From positions 62,001 through 126,000 of the forward strand of contig MCFH01000008.1 of the NCBI GenBank assembly GCA_002104945.1: a stretch of DNA of 64,000 nt, read 5' to 3'. This DNA is from Piromyces finnis finn (Eukaryota > Fungi > Neocallimastigomycota). The notes under the pieces were generated by a model. It was not told the origin of the DNA, ran no database searches, and saw nothing but the letters and a program-made list of their open reading frames with translations. Positions within the stretch are counted from its first letter, which is position 1; each line of letters begins with the position of its first letter. Below, piece after piece: positions 28,101 to 42,823 of this stretch. A program made the translations under genes and the position numbers.

Positions 28101-31100
28101 ATTAAAATAACACAAATTATACTTTAATTGTCCAGCTATTATCAGTATTATTAATAATTGGAATTTTTTGAACAATTTCTTTTCTTGATGGTGCATTAAA
28201 CTCTAATTTAGCTTTTTTTCCTTCAGGAATAGCAGTGCAATTAATTAAAAATACTCTTATATCATCATGTTCTTTATTTTTAACTACAATAAAACATGAA
28301 TATTTTCCTGAAAACTTTTTTTTAATAAAGATTATATAGTAATTTTATTATTGAATCCATTAATTAGTTGATTTTTTTTTTGATTTCATTTATATTAAGT
28401 ATTTCTTAAAAATATATTTCACTATTAATTACCTCTGGAGTAAATGAGATTGGAATGTCAAATCCGTCATTCTGTATATTTTTCATAGTTGTAGTTGTAT
28501 CAATACTAAATGATAATTCTTTAGGACCTGAAAAGTATTCTGATGAATATTCAATCTAATTGATTATTTTTATATAATGGAGTATTTTTTAATAAACTAA
28601 TGTATAACTTTTAATAATTATTAATTATTTTTATTTTATAAATAAAAATTACTATATATGAATATCCATTATTATCTTCACTAATTTGTTCATCAATATA
28701 TCTTTCATCAGACTCAAAATCTAATTGCTTTATTATATAATCCTTATTTTCATTATTAAATGGTACATTAATAATCTTCCGAAGTGTTTTGCCAGTTCTA
28801 CATGTCCAATTGAATACTTCTGAAGGAAGAGGATAAATGGTTTTTCCTTCAATTTTATACATGAATTCTCCAATCTTCTCATTTATAAAATGAACAATAC
28901 AATTATATGTTCCCAACTTAACATTAAAATAAAAAAATAATATATTAATATGAAATACATACTAAATATTAAATATTTTGAAAGATTGCTAATTTTTTAT
29001 AATAATGATCGTTAAATTGTTATTACTTTAATTGGTAAAAATAAAACATTAAAAGTTGTGGGTTTATTTGGGAGTAGTTTTATTTCAGTTTTTGTTAATT
29101 TAAAAGATTTACATGTCGAGTATTCGTTTTCACTCTTTTATTTAATAAATATAATAAAGTATAAATAAAAAAACAAATTAGAAAAATAATTGAATTTTAT
29201 TAATTATACTATATAAATTTATTTACCACTTCTTCATATAGAATAACTTTAAATACACCTTCAATATCATACGGATTCTTTATTTCCATATTAACTGAAA
29301 ATGGTGGATTTTTAAATAATGGACTTTCAATATAAATTGTGTTTTCTAATGTAACTTCAGTGATATTTGATACTAGTCTATAATTAATTGATGTCACATG
29401 ATTAAAACTAATAATTTTTGGTATAAATCTTATTAGGGAAGATACACGTTTTGAAAACTTTCCAATAAAATCAATATTAATATTTCTAGATGCCTATTCA
29501 ATATAAAGAATATTTATTAGTTATTTTTTAATGTTTTATTTTGAAAAAATATATTTCAACTATACTATATATTAATATATTAATATTAATATTATTACTT
29601 TTTCTTTTAGATATAAGGAATTATCTTCTAAATCTAATTTAAAATCTAATGACCCACTTTGAATTACGGAATATTGCATTTCTTGGTTACTATTGTTGAG
29701 TATTTCAATAGTTTTCGATTGAGGTTCTCTTAATTTTCCTGTAAATTCTATTGTTTGGATTTTTGATAAACTTGGTAATAATTGATATAAAAATGCAAGT
29801 AATAGCAATATTTCTGTATTTTTTATTTAAAAATTAATAAATAAGAAAAAAATTTCATTAATATCAATGGTAAAAGTCAAAAAAAAATTACAGAATTTTT
29901 ATTACCATAAATATTTCCTAAAATAACTTTTCCAACTGATATCTTTGGATAATTAGTGCATAGTAATTCATCTAATACTTTAATAAAGATTTTTGAATTT
30001 CTTTCATGATAATTTTGAGATTGGGATTTTTTATTTATATCTGCAAAAGGTATTTTTAAAGATGGAATATATGAACATAATAAATCTGATAATATTGAAA
30101 AATTCTGGAAATTTTTATTAATTAAACATGTATATGAAAATTCATTATTTTCATTTTCTATTTTCTATTTATATAAAAAAAATAATATCAGTGAAGAGTA
30201 TAATCATTAGTATTGTATTTTAAATTGATTTTTATCAGATATATTTAGTTTATGTTAACCTTATCAACCCGAGCTTTAACCCAACTAAATAAAATATGTT
30301 CAGATACAGAATATATATTGTCATGATTCATTAATTCTTCAATTGTATTTGATATATTTCTTATATCTGTATTAGTGAAACTCAAATATTGTTTTAACGT
30401 AACATTTTTTAATATGAATACATTAATAATTTGGAATAATATCGTAACCCATACTTCCTTAGATATTACTTCAAAATTTTCTCTACATTCACAATAATAT
30501 TTTTTTGCTTCACAATTTAATGACATCAATGGTTTATTATGCTATTTTTAAAAATTAAGGATGAATAATGATATATTTCATTATAAATACATTTTAAAAT
30601 TATTGAAAAAGCTAATATTACATATATATATAAAGTTAATATATACTTACCTTATCCTTTATTATTTCATCTTGTAACATAATAAAGTTTTCTTTTGATA
30701 AAAGATATAATGGATTAACATTACTAACTAATGCTCCCCATAATTTCAAATTATTGATAATTTCTTGATATTGTTTATAATATAACATAACTCTTTCTTT
30801 ATGTTCTTTATATTGAAAATTCAAAATTAAATATTAAAATATTAATTAATCAATAGTACTTATTATTGTTTTTATTTATTTTATTTTATTCTATTTAAAA
30901 CATTAATACTAAATCTTACTATAGCTTCTATTGATTGAAACTCTTTTAACTTTATTTTTTTTAGAACCACATAAATCATCTATTATTTCAATTAAAGGTT
31001 CTCCATGATTTTCTACAAAACATTTTGGAAATGAGTCTTCAGTAATATTCTAATATAAAAAAAATACATTATTTAATAATTTAAACTAATAAATAAAGAT

Positions 31101-34100
31101 ATATAAATATAATGATATAAATATTTACATAAGAAGTATTATTTGAAAGCCATCTAGTTGCAACATCTGCTAAATCATCTAGATAATTATTATATTCTTC
31201 TATTGTATTTTCGTTTAATATTATTCCATTTGGTGTAAAAAATAAAGTATTCGTTGATAATAATCTTAATCTTTTTTTATTTTCATTTATAATTTCTATT
31301 GGAGTTTTCTTTTCTTCTTTTTCCTTATCTAATTTTAATGTTTCGTTATTTATTTCACCCTCTTCTTGGCGTTTAGTAAATTCAAGATTCCAAAGATAAG
31401 AAAATAGAGTAAAACAAGAGTTACTACTTGTTCCATAAATTGGAAGATAATATATTGTTGAATTTGGTATATCTTCTGAAAATTCAATAACAGATGAAAA
31501 AGAAATTGGATTTACCTTCTTATTTATAGATACAAATTGAAGTATTACGTTAAGTTTTTCTCCTGAAGATTTTAATAATCTTCCTTCAGGGAAATATATA
31601 TCGATTAGACCAACCTGTTCTAAAGTACTATTTTGAATTTTACTTTTCAATTCATTTCGATTACAACCAAAATTAATTATATTAAAAGTGACAACTGAAA
31701 CCTCGTTAAACGGAACAACAGGGAAATATAATTCAGGAGGGTCAAATAATATATATGGTTTAACACTATTTCCATTTAATGTTAAGCATATTACATTGTT
31801 GTAATCATCAGTTCCAAAATAAATACTAACATTTTCACTAAAGTTTCCTACAATTGTTGGTTTAAAAAATATCCTTAATTTAAATTTCTTATTTACATTT
31901 ATTTTTCCCGAGGTATCAGAAAATGAAAAAACATTTTCATTTTGGGATTTTTTAGTGAATTCTAGTTTCCACTTAATTGGATTTTCACTTTGATTTGTCA
32001 TTTCTATATCTTCAAAATTTTCCGAAATATATGATTCATTATAAATCTCTCTTATGATACTATTTTCAAAGTATACTTTTAATTTTGATAATGCCAATGG
32101 AGATACAATGGATTCAGCTAAAACTGGAATATATAATTTTTCATTTTTATCCATAGTTTGAATTGGAATATCAAATTTATAAGAGCATACTTTTTCTGGT
32201 TTATATATAATTTGGAAATTAAGTCTTTCACCTGGTGCAATATCAATTAAATATAAATTAGATTTTATAGATGCATCATATGTAAAATTTTCCATATTAT
32301 TAAAATAATTTATAAGATCCGACATTTGAGGTAATTCCCGAATTCCACTATATTTATAATAGCATTCGTATATTCCATTTAATATATTTTTATTCATGAC
32401 TTCATATGGTGTTAAAAATTTCATTGCTTTACCATACTTTATTTCAAATTCTGGATATTTTCTTAAATCTATTAACAGAGTACTGGTGGCACGTGTCGAA
32501 TTATATAATATAACATCCCCACTAAATGAATTTCCTATTATAGTTTTTAATTTAAATTCACATTCTGATTTTTTAATTTCAATATTTTGAGAAACGCATT
32601 CATATTTTATTGGAATCTTAATATTTTTTCCTTCGCCAAATATAATTACGTTAATGGCATCTTCCCTAACTCCAATTTTTGTTGGATTTACCCACATCTT
32701 CAATTCTAAAATACTGTTAGCTTCAATAACACCATATTTATTTTCGATAAAAATATCTGTATTATCATATGGTTTTATACAATAAAATGAAGGACTATTT
32801 CCTTTATTACTTATTTTAATAACTTTAAAATTTTGATTTAAAAATAATGCTTGATGGTTATCATAATTAAAGCAATTAAATGAAAATGTCTTTTTTGGAT
32901 TTGATTTATTAAGAACTCCAAAATCAAATAGGACTGTTTTTGAAGCTTGAGTTAAATTACATTTTGAATTTGAATAATAGGAATTGCATTTAATTCCTAC
33001 TGAATCAATTATCGTATCCGTATTGTAATCAATTGTATTTAATATTAAAGTATGTTCATTTTTATTTTTTATACTTGGGAAATATTTTATTAATACTGTT
33101 ATAGAACTATTTTTTTTAATTACACCTTCTATATTTTCAAGATAAAATATACCATTATAATTTATAAGTTTATATACATCAGGAATTTTATTACTCAATA
33201 ATGTATTATCATTATCATTACTACTAATATTATTATTTTGTATTAAACTCCATGAATATTTAACATCAAAATTGCCATTATTTTTTAAAGTTACTGTTTT
33301 TTCTTTATATGGCAAATCAATATTGAAATTTTGAAGCTTTTCTTCAGTATCCGCTGGTGATAATAATTCATTTTTACTTATGTTAATATTTCTATCTATT
33401 TCTATCTCACACTCTGATGTAGTTCCATTACTAATAACATTAAAATCAATATTAAAATTCAAAGTATTTACATCTATTTCTATTTTTGGTGGTAAAACAC
33501 TGGCATTCACAGGTATTGAATAAAGGTATCTATTACAGATACTATATTCTAAATTTAATAAATAATTTCCAGGAACATCTGATTTAAAAATAATCTCAAA
33601 TCCCCCTATATCCATTGGTGATATTGAACGTTCACTGGGTTCAATTGAAACATTCTCTAATTCTGTATTATCAAACTTTATATGTATTGGTATTTTATTT
33701 ATTGTACCATTTAATATATTTAGAGGGAATCGATTCACTGAATGACATGAAATTTCTCCGAAATCAATTGTCTTTGTAGATGAAAAAATCATAATTAAAT
33801 CATATGTTGTTAATTCTACATTATTAACCTGATCTACTGATAGATTGCATGGAATACTTGGATTGATAACGATTGATTTACTTAATTTATTAAATAAATC
33901 CGAATATTTATGAAAGTTATTAAATAATAGCATTTCAAATTCCGAGGACTCTTTGTGAATTTGACTTTTTATTTTCTTTTCATGTTTATATTTATCATCT
34001 AAAACAAAGTTTTTTCCATTTTTTTCATTATATATAATAGGTTCTGGAGGCATTAATCCATTAGTTATATCTATTTTTGAATAATCTTCATGAATTCCAA

Positions 34101-36493
34101 AATTTTTACATATATTAAAAAAGTCATTATTATTGAATAATTTTAAATTTTTCTTCAACTCTCTATTATTGTAACACATTCTTATGTACATATCATATAA
34201 CTTTCTATGTTGAACATGTGAAGTTCTTTCTGGATTTTCAATTTGTCTTGGACCACATAATCTAAGTTCTTCATAAATATAAGTTTTATTAATTTCTTCA
34301 ATATGTTTATTATGATACATATCTTCAGGGAATCTACAATTTTCGTTATCGACTGATTCGCTTGATCCCTGTACTTTAATATTTAAAATTTCAAGAATAT
34401 CTTTTTTATTTAGATTTGGGGGTATATATGTATCTACACTTTTATTGAAAAATAATATTTCTATTTTCTTTCTAAAAGTTCCAAATTGATTTGGTTTAAA
34501 AGTAACATCAAATTCACCAATTTCTTCTGGTTTTAACACACCTTGACTCGGCTTTATTTTGAAATGAGCTATTTGTTTTATGTAGAATGATAATGGTAGT
34601 GTTTTTGATCGATTAGTAATCTTTAATTTTTTTACAGACTCGAAATGAAGAGGTGTTGGAGTAAATTCAAATAATGTATTTGAAACAAAAATTGACGTTG
34701 GATGTGCTATAAAATAAAAAAATAAGCATTATTATAAAAAAAATAATATCGATATTAATGATGATAACTGAGTAAAAAATATATAACTTTTTTTATTAAA
34801 TTATAAAAAATTAGTATATAAGTTGTATTTTTTTATAATTAACACTATTGACATAGAAAATTGTATATTAAAAGAAAAAAAGAATTAAAAGTAATTAAAA
34901 ATAAGTTATACCTTCTCCACTTAATTGGAAATTAACAGGGTAATATTCAGGTTTATTATTATCAGCATTTTCAATTTTTAAAGTTAAATTTGTAACATAT
35001 TTCTTTGATGGATATACTGGTCTAATAGATTTAAAACCTTTTATAATTGGAGGTAATGTTGGTGCAAAATTAAATTTTATAGGAAATAGTTGGTTTGGTT
35101 TGATAATACCTTCATGTGGAGTCATGGTAATACATGTTTTTAATTCTTTTTCACTAAATATTTCATTTTGAAAATCAAAAACTTTTTTGGGAGGAAGTAA
35201 TGGTGTTAATGCATTTGAATTAATTATAGAATATTTTATTTCCTGTTTATCATTATTATATATATATGCCTTAATTTCATGTTTTTGAGAATAATAAATA
35301 GATTTAAAGTTTATGTCTTGAATATTTAGTTCTTCTTTATTATGGTCTAGTATTGTTAAGGAGTGCTTTAAAATATCGGCATGAACAATTATTGTTTTCA
35401 CTTTATTTTGGTTTGAATTATTATTACTAAATTTAAATGCTGTACTTAAGCGATTAACTTCTTCCTCAATATTTATATATAATGTTTCATTTAATGTTCC
35501 TTCAATGCATGGTAGTAATTGTATTGTTATTTCTATTGAATTTTCATTTTTTACTGATGGGATAATATAATATGATTTATTCAAATTATCCAATGGATCT
35601 AAAATTCCAGTAGTAGGGAAAACCTTTATTGGTGCACTTTCATCATAGTTTATTGTAAATTTTGTTCTAACCTTTCCTGAATTTGTTATTGTAAACGTTT
35701 TCACTATTGCCCATTTCCAATCCTCATCTGAATATTTATCTTCCTTTAATTGAATTGACTGTGGAATATTACTTATACTTTGTGTTTTTACAGAATTAAT
35801 ATTTGATTTATCAGTCGTTGAAGGTAAACTTTTAAGACTTGGCTGAAATTTAAATGATTGATTACTGTGTGATAATAATTTAGAAGAACAAGAAAGTGGT
35901 ATTTCATTCTTTTCTTCTAATGGAACACACATTTGTTTTCCAAAATCTATATATTCGGTAAATATTAATTGGGGTTCAGGTGGATATGCCTTAATTGGAA
36001 CTTTTATTGAATAATTATAATTCATTATAATAGCAAGTTCATCTTGATACCATAAATTATCTAGTGTTTTTTTTTCATTAAAACTGTCAGCGTTACTTAT
36101 ACATGACATAGATGACTTTGATACAACAGGAATAAATAAGTCTAATTTTATTTTTACTGAAAGTCCAGGAGCTAATTCAAAACCCTGAATATATTTTTTA
36201 CAACTTTCATGAATTGTTAAATAAGAATTTTCTGGTGGTTTTAACAGTAATTTTTGAATTTCTCTAGATGAATTTGATATTTTTATTGATAAGGGATAAT
36301 GTGTTTCCACTTCAAAATCAAAAATGTTAATTTCCTTAGGTTCTACCCTTAAATCAGACGCATATTTATTATCTTTATTATTTAAAGTAATAACATGGAA
36401 GTTGCTTTTTAATAATTGATTTTCTTCCATTTTTAAAATTTTATCATCACCATCATATTCTATATCAGGTAGTATATCTAAATTTTGCAACAT
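25129..36493 (-). CDS. CFAP47: Cilia- and flagella-associated protein 47 (ASH/MSP-like Ig repeats plus calponin-homology-like domain), multi-exon
   Basis: ATG at 36493. Multiple Ig-like ASH-type segments (VKTFTITNSGKVRTKF; KTVTLKNNGNFDVKY), a CH-like region (VSEHILFSWV...ILLLAFLYQLLPSL), and C-terminal GGRWKYNL...PPEFSIQPEYGQL...YKPSYYGK...WSYLVRGVPP. The last exon reads to TAG at 25129-25131. Confidence 0.8.
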
Positions 36494-36567
36494 TTTAAAA
36501 GTGTCTTATATCATTTATATGTTTCAAAAAAACAGGTATATACAATTAAATATTTTACTTCTATGTT

Positions 36568-36592
36568 TATTTATTACTACTACTACTACTAC

Positions 36593-36634
<42 letters not shown>
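36568..36634. repeat. Compound (TAC)n(TAT)n microsatellite just upstream of CFAP47
   Basis: Seen directly; source of the spurious poly-Y ORF 36485..36790. Confidence 0.9.
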
Positions 36635-36637
<3 letters not shown>

Positions 36638-37247
36638 AATTTGTATAATAATACAAATAATGACTTTTCTTCAGAAAATCTTATATTCTCGATTTTTATA
36701 TTTAATCTCAACAACACATTAATTAATCAAATTATTAATATGTTATGTGTTTTATATATATATATTTTCCTTTTTCTTTTTCTTATTTAAATTATTATTT
36801 TCTATTGTAACATCCGAAAAAAAAAAAAAAGTTAAGTGGTTTGTATTTTTTAAAGAAAATAATAAAATAAAATAAAAAAAAAAAGAAATATTCAAAATAT
36901 AATTTCAATATAAATAAAATTTATATTTATTTACACCTTCATTTACATTCTTAATTAATACTATTTTTTGTTGTTTTTTAAAATAAAGTATATAATAAAG
37001 TATATAATAATGTTAATATATTATATAATAAAAAATGAACAAAGTTTTTAAAATTTGGAAAAATAAACTTTTGAAAAAAAAAATTTATATCTAAAATATT
37101 TTATAAAATATTTTATAAATTTGTTCTTCTGATATTATTATAAAAAAGAAAGTTAAATAACTAATGTTATAGTTACATAATTATAATAATTGCATTATGA
37201 TTTAAAATGAAGAATCATTGCGAACATAATAAAGAAAAATGCCTATT

Positions 37248-37337
37248 TATTTATCTATTTATTTATTTATCTATTTATTTATTCATTTATTTAATTTATT
37301 CATTTATCTATTTATTTATTTATTCATTCATTTATTT
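37248..37337. repeat. Degenerate tetranucleotide repeat (TTTA/TCTA/TTCA)n in the CFAP47-MRE11 intergenic region
   Basis: Seen directly. Confidence 0.8.
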
Positions 37338-38594
37338 TATGTATGCTTAACCTACTTTAATCAAACTACAATTTTTAATTTCAATGAATGAATTTTTATT
37401 AACGAAACAGCTTTGCATGTATATAATTATAGTTGTTAAATAAAATCTAAAAAAAATAAGTAAAATTATATGGAAAAATAATTCTTTTTTTTTTGAAATT
37501 TAAATAATAAAATATTTTAAAGAGTTTTTTTTTTTTTTTTTTTACTATTATTATTGTTATTTATTTAATGACATTTCAACAGAAAATATATATATTAAAA
37601 TTTTGTATTATTAAATGATAAATCTAAATTGTGATAAATGTAATCACGATTTTATTTTTAATTATATTAGATAGATACTGTTATTTAAAAAATATGGAAA
37701 TATTATTCATTATATTCTATATTTATTTAAATAATTAATAGGTTTAAAAAAAAATAATAATAATTTTAAATTTTGAATTGATAATACATTTCCTCAAAAT
37801 ATATATTTTAATAATATTGTAAATCAGTGATAATTTATACTAAATATTAAAAAGTAATGATAATAAGTATGATTAAAATTATTTAATAGATGATTAGTAT
37901 TATCAATATAACTATTATTTTGTTTCATTATACTAAAAGAATGAAGCGTTGACTTTTAACATTAATCTTTAAATGAATTCAAAACCAAAGCGAACTTTTT
38001 TGTTAAAAAAATAATTTTTAAAATTTGAGTTTTTTTAAATTTTAATTGTTAATATTTCCATTTATTAATCTAACCAATAATTTTTCAAAAATCTCATTAT
38101 AATTAAAAATTTCATCATTTTTTATATCATTAATTTGTGAGTTTCATACTAAATTTAAAAAAGTAAATTTCATAATCTTTTTTAAAGCTATTAGGATGAA
38201 TACATTTAATAATAACAATAATAATACAAAAGAAAATTTATCATATATTTAAAAGTAAATATTAATATCAAAAAATATTATGTAGTTGACTCCTTCTACC
38301 ATTTCTTCAGATTTACTAGATTTCAAATTAATTATTTATAGAATTGAATATTTTAAATAAATTTTAAATAAATAGTATTATATAACACTATGAATGAATA
38401 CTTTAATTAATAAAAGGAAATTAATTATATTAAGATAAATAAAAAAAGATATAATTTTTGTTATCATTAATATTATTGGTGTTAATCCAAAATATAAAAC
38501 AAATATTTGTAAATAAAATTTCCAATTTAATGAAATTTCATTAAATTTTTATTTTTTTTTTTAAATTATATTTTTAAAAATTAGATATAATATA

Positions 38595-41500
38595 ATGGAT
38601 GAAATAGCAAGTAATGAAATTGTAACTGATGATGATGTTATCTCAATTTTAATTGCAACAGATAACCATTTAGGATATATGGAAAGGGATCCATTACGTT
38701 CTAATGATTCTTTTCAAACTTTCGAAGAAATTTTACTATATGCAAAAAAATATAATGTAATTTTAAATATAAATTTCTTAAAATAATTATTTTAAAAAAG
38801 TCTATTCAATATATAAATATAATGTTTTATACAAGGTCGATATGATGTTACTTGGTGGTGATTTATTTCATGATAACAAGCCTTCGAGAAAAACATTATA
38901 TAATACTATTGCTTTATTAAGACAACATTGTATGGGGGATAAACCATGTCAATTAGAATTTTTAAGTGACCAAAAAAGAAATTTCACAAGTTTGTTAGTA
39001 ATTTTACTCTATTATTTATATTACATAATGTTTTAGTTTAAAAATGAATATAGATATGCATTTATACATTTATCAACAATTACATATATGCATTATTATA
39101 TATAATAAATCTTAAAATTATATATATATTTTATATCTATTAGTTTTCCTATTGTAAATTATGAAGATCCTAATTTAAATATTAGTCTACCAATATTTTC
39201 TATACATGGAAATCATGATGATCCTTCAGGAGTAAATAAATGCATTGTTGATAAATCTAATAGAATTTATAGGATAAGTTAAGATGTCTAATAAAATCCT
39301 GATATTATATATTTAAATAATGATAGGATGGAAATTTATGCGCATTAGATGTTTTAAGCGCATCTGGTCTAATAAATTATTTTGGTAAATCTAATCAAGT
39401 TGATAATATAGAAATATCACCAATACTACTAAAAAAAGGCAAAACAAGATTAGCATTATATGGTTTAGGAAACATACGAGATGAACGTCTATATCGTACA
39501 TTTTTAAGAAAAAATGTGAAAATGCTAAGACCAAAGCAAAATATGGATGAATGGTTTAATCTTTTTGTACTTCATCAAAATAGGTATTTTTAGTTTTATG
39601 AATTATACATATTGATGCTTCTAGAATTCTAATCATTATATTAAATATATAATAATAGAGTTTCACATAACCCTAAAAATTATATACCTGAAACATTTGT
39701 AAATGATTTTATTGATTTAATATTATGGGGTCATGAGCATGAATGTTTAATTGACTTATCAAAAAATGAGGTTAAAAATTTTTATATTACTCAACCCGGT
39801 TCATCGGTGGCAACTTCTTTGTGTGAAGGAGAATCTAAAACAAAGTTAATAAAATACTTTTTCTATATACTATATTATATTTATAATCCTATTTATATAT
39901 ATATATAAATATTTATATTAATATCTTTTCATTAATTTCAATAGACATATTGGTATACTAAGAATAAAACAAAAACAATTTGAAATAGAAAAAATTAAAT
40001 TAAAATCAGTTAGACCATTTTTAATGGCTGATATATGTCTTCAAGAGAATTTAAGCAATGAACGTGATCCTACCGTAATAACAAATTATTTAATTCAAAA
40101 AGTAAAAAAAAAAAAAAAGCTTTTTCAATAAAAATTTTTATCTATTTTTTTTTATTATTAATCTTTATAAATTATTTAAATATTATATTATATGGCATAT
40201 TTAAAATAATTCAAAGGTTGAAGAATTAGAAAAGAAAGCAATAGATGATTGGAAAGAAAACAATCCGGATCTTTCATCAAAAATGAATTGTCCAAGACCT
40301 TTAATTAGATTAAGAGTAAATATAACGACTGTTATTTATTTTTTATATAATTTATTATTAATAAACAATTGATAAATATATAATTTAATATTTAGGTTGA
40401 ATATAGTGGTGGCTACCCAACTTTTAATCCTCATAAATTTGGACAAAGATTTGTTAACAGAATTGCTAATCCAAATGATATTCTTCATTTTTACAGGAAA
40501 AAAGCCGTCGCTAAACTCAATTCATGTATTTAATATATACAAATAAATATATTTCAGTATGATGAATTTAATAAAAAATTTTATATAATATTTTTCTTAT
40601 TATATATGTTAGCGACAGAAAATGACGTTTCATTTTTACCAGAAAAATTAGAAAATACCAAAATCGAAACATTAATTGATGAATTTTTACAAATTAAAAA
40701 TCTAGAAATTTTGAATGAAAAAGAATTAGGGAGTGCGGTTAAAACATATATTGAAAAAGATGAAAAAGATGCAATTAAAGAGTAATATATTACATCAACT
40801 TAATATAATTACTATTATATATTAAAACGAATCACTATTAATATTAATAAATTAAATATTTTAAAGATATGTAGATAAATATTTAAATGATATTTGTAAA
40901 GAAGTGAAACAAAATTGCAACACAAATAATATAAATATACTAAATGAGCAGGTAATCACTTTTAATCCATATCCTATTAATATTTACTATTGAATTCTCA
41001 ATTTATTTATTTATTTATCTATTATCTATTTATTTAAATAATACTAATATAAAATATTTAGATTGAAAATGTAAAAAAGATAAAGAAAGAAAAATATAAT
41101 TCTGTAGATAATTCATTAAATATTTTTTCAAGCTTTAATAATAGCACAATTAATGATGATAAAAATGAAATAGAAATAAAAGATGTTAAAGTAAAAAAAT
41201 CATCAACTGTAAGTATTAAAATAAATATTCATGATTGATTATAATAATACTAAATGGTTATTTTTATATCACAAAAGAAAAAATTAAATACAAGAAAGGC
41301 AAGTAAACAAAAAATAATTGAAGAGGAAGAGGAGGAGGAAGATAATGATTTATTTAAAATGGATGAAGATGAAAATAACGAATTTGAAGAAGAAAAAAAA
41401 CCAAATAGAAAAAGAACAAGCCAAAGAAAAACTAAAAAAAGTTACAATGATAATATTAATTTAATTAATATTGATAGCGATGATGATGATGATGACGACG

Positions 41501-42491
41501 ATGATGATGACGATGACGATGATATCGAAATAACAAAGAAAGAAAATAAACAAAAAAATAAAAAGGTACGTACATCAAATATCAAAAAAGAGGAAAATAA
41601 TGAAAATGAAATTTCGAAAAGAAAATCCACCAAAAGAAATAAAAGAACAAAGAGTGTATCAACTGTAGAAGATGATGATGAAAATGAAAAGGTTGATAAA
41701 AAAATAACAAGAAGAAAAAGTAAAAAAACAAAAAGCATTGAAATGGAAGAAGAAGAAGAAGAAGAACGAAGTAATAATGAAAATTCAACACCAAAAAAAG
41801 GAATAAATAAAAATAGTGAAGAGGAAGACGATTTATTTAAATTTGTTGATGATATTGATACTGATATGATTGATATTTTAGCTTTAACAAAAGAAAATGA
41901 AATGGGAAAGACCGCATATACAATGCCTGAAGTAGATACAGAAATAAGTGGAAATAAAAATAATAATAGTATTATTAAAAAGGAACCAAAGACTCCTAAA
42001 AAAGAAACAAAACGAAAATTGGATGTAAGTTTTTTCTTAAGATAAACATTAAAATTTAATATAATTTAAAGTAATTTTATTAATAACAAGTATTATTTAT
42101 ATATAGTCTATTTCATTAGATGAACAAAGTACAGCTGTGTTTGATTCAAATATTACATATATAAACACATTAACAAGTAAAGAAAATGAAATTAAAACGC
42201 AAGGTCGAAAAACAAGAAAATTACCTTCAATATTTGGGTAATTTTTATTAAAATTTGTATAACATTTTTAATTTTACTTTATACCCATATATATATTCTA
42301 ACATATTCTATTCAATATTTTTTGTTTTTATTACTAATATAAAATTTTTTATAATAATAATTTTAAAAATAAATAAAAAAAAAAGGCAATCCAGTCAGCC
42401 CGCTGCAAAAAGAACTCGTACAACAAAAAAAACGGCAACAAAAGAATTTCATCAATCACAATTAGATTTTAGTATAAAACCTAAAAAATAA
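38595..42491 (+). CDS. MRE11: Double-strand break repair nuclease MRE11, multi-exon
   Basis: Phosphoesterase motifs [53 protein letters not shown] and WGHEHEC. Introns traced as canonical GT-AG, in frame. Long acidic/basic tail with a poly-Asp tract. Confidence 0.97.
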
Positions 42492-42823
42492 AAGTTATAC
42501 TTAATCTTAAAAATATATTAAAATATTTTTTTTATTAATACATTAACATGATCGAAAGGAAAATAAATAAAATTGACATTATTATCACATTTATTTAAAA
42601 AAAAAAAAAAAAAAAAACTTTATAAAAAAATTAATTCATTTTTATAATATTGTTTTATTAACACAATAAAAAAGTTTTGAAATTTTTATAAATGGTTATT
42701 GGTAAAATTATATATAATTAAAGTTAGAGCTTAATTTAATAAAATTTTTTAAGAATAAAAAATAAAGATTGTATAGTGGTACAAGTAGGGTTTTTAAAAA
42801 AAAAAAAAAAAAAAGTAAATGAA

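Noticed and set aside
16700-37200. Shared RFX X-box upstream of the three flagellar genes
   Set aside because: No convincing GTNRCC-N0-3-RGYAAC match seen by eye upstream of DRC5, CFAP58 or CFAP47.
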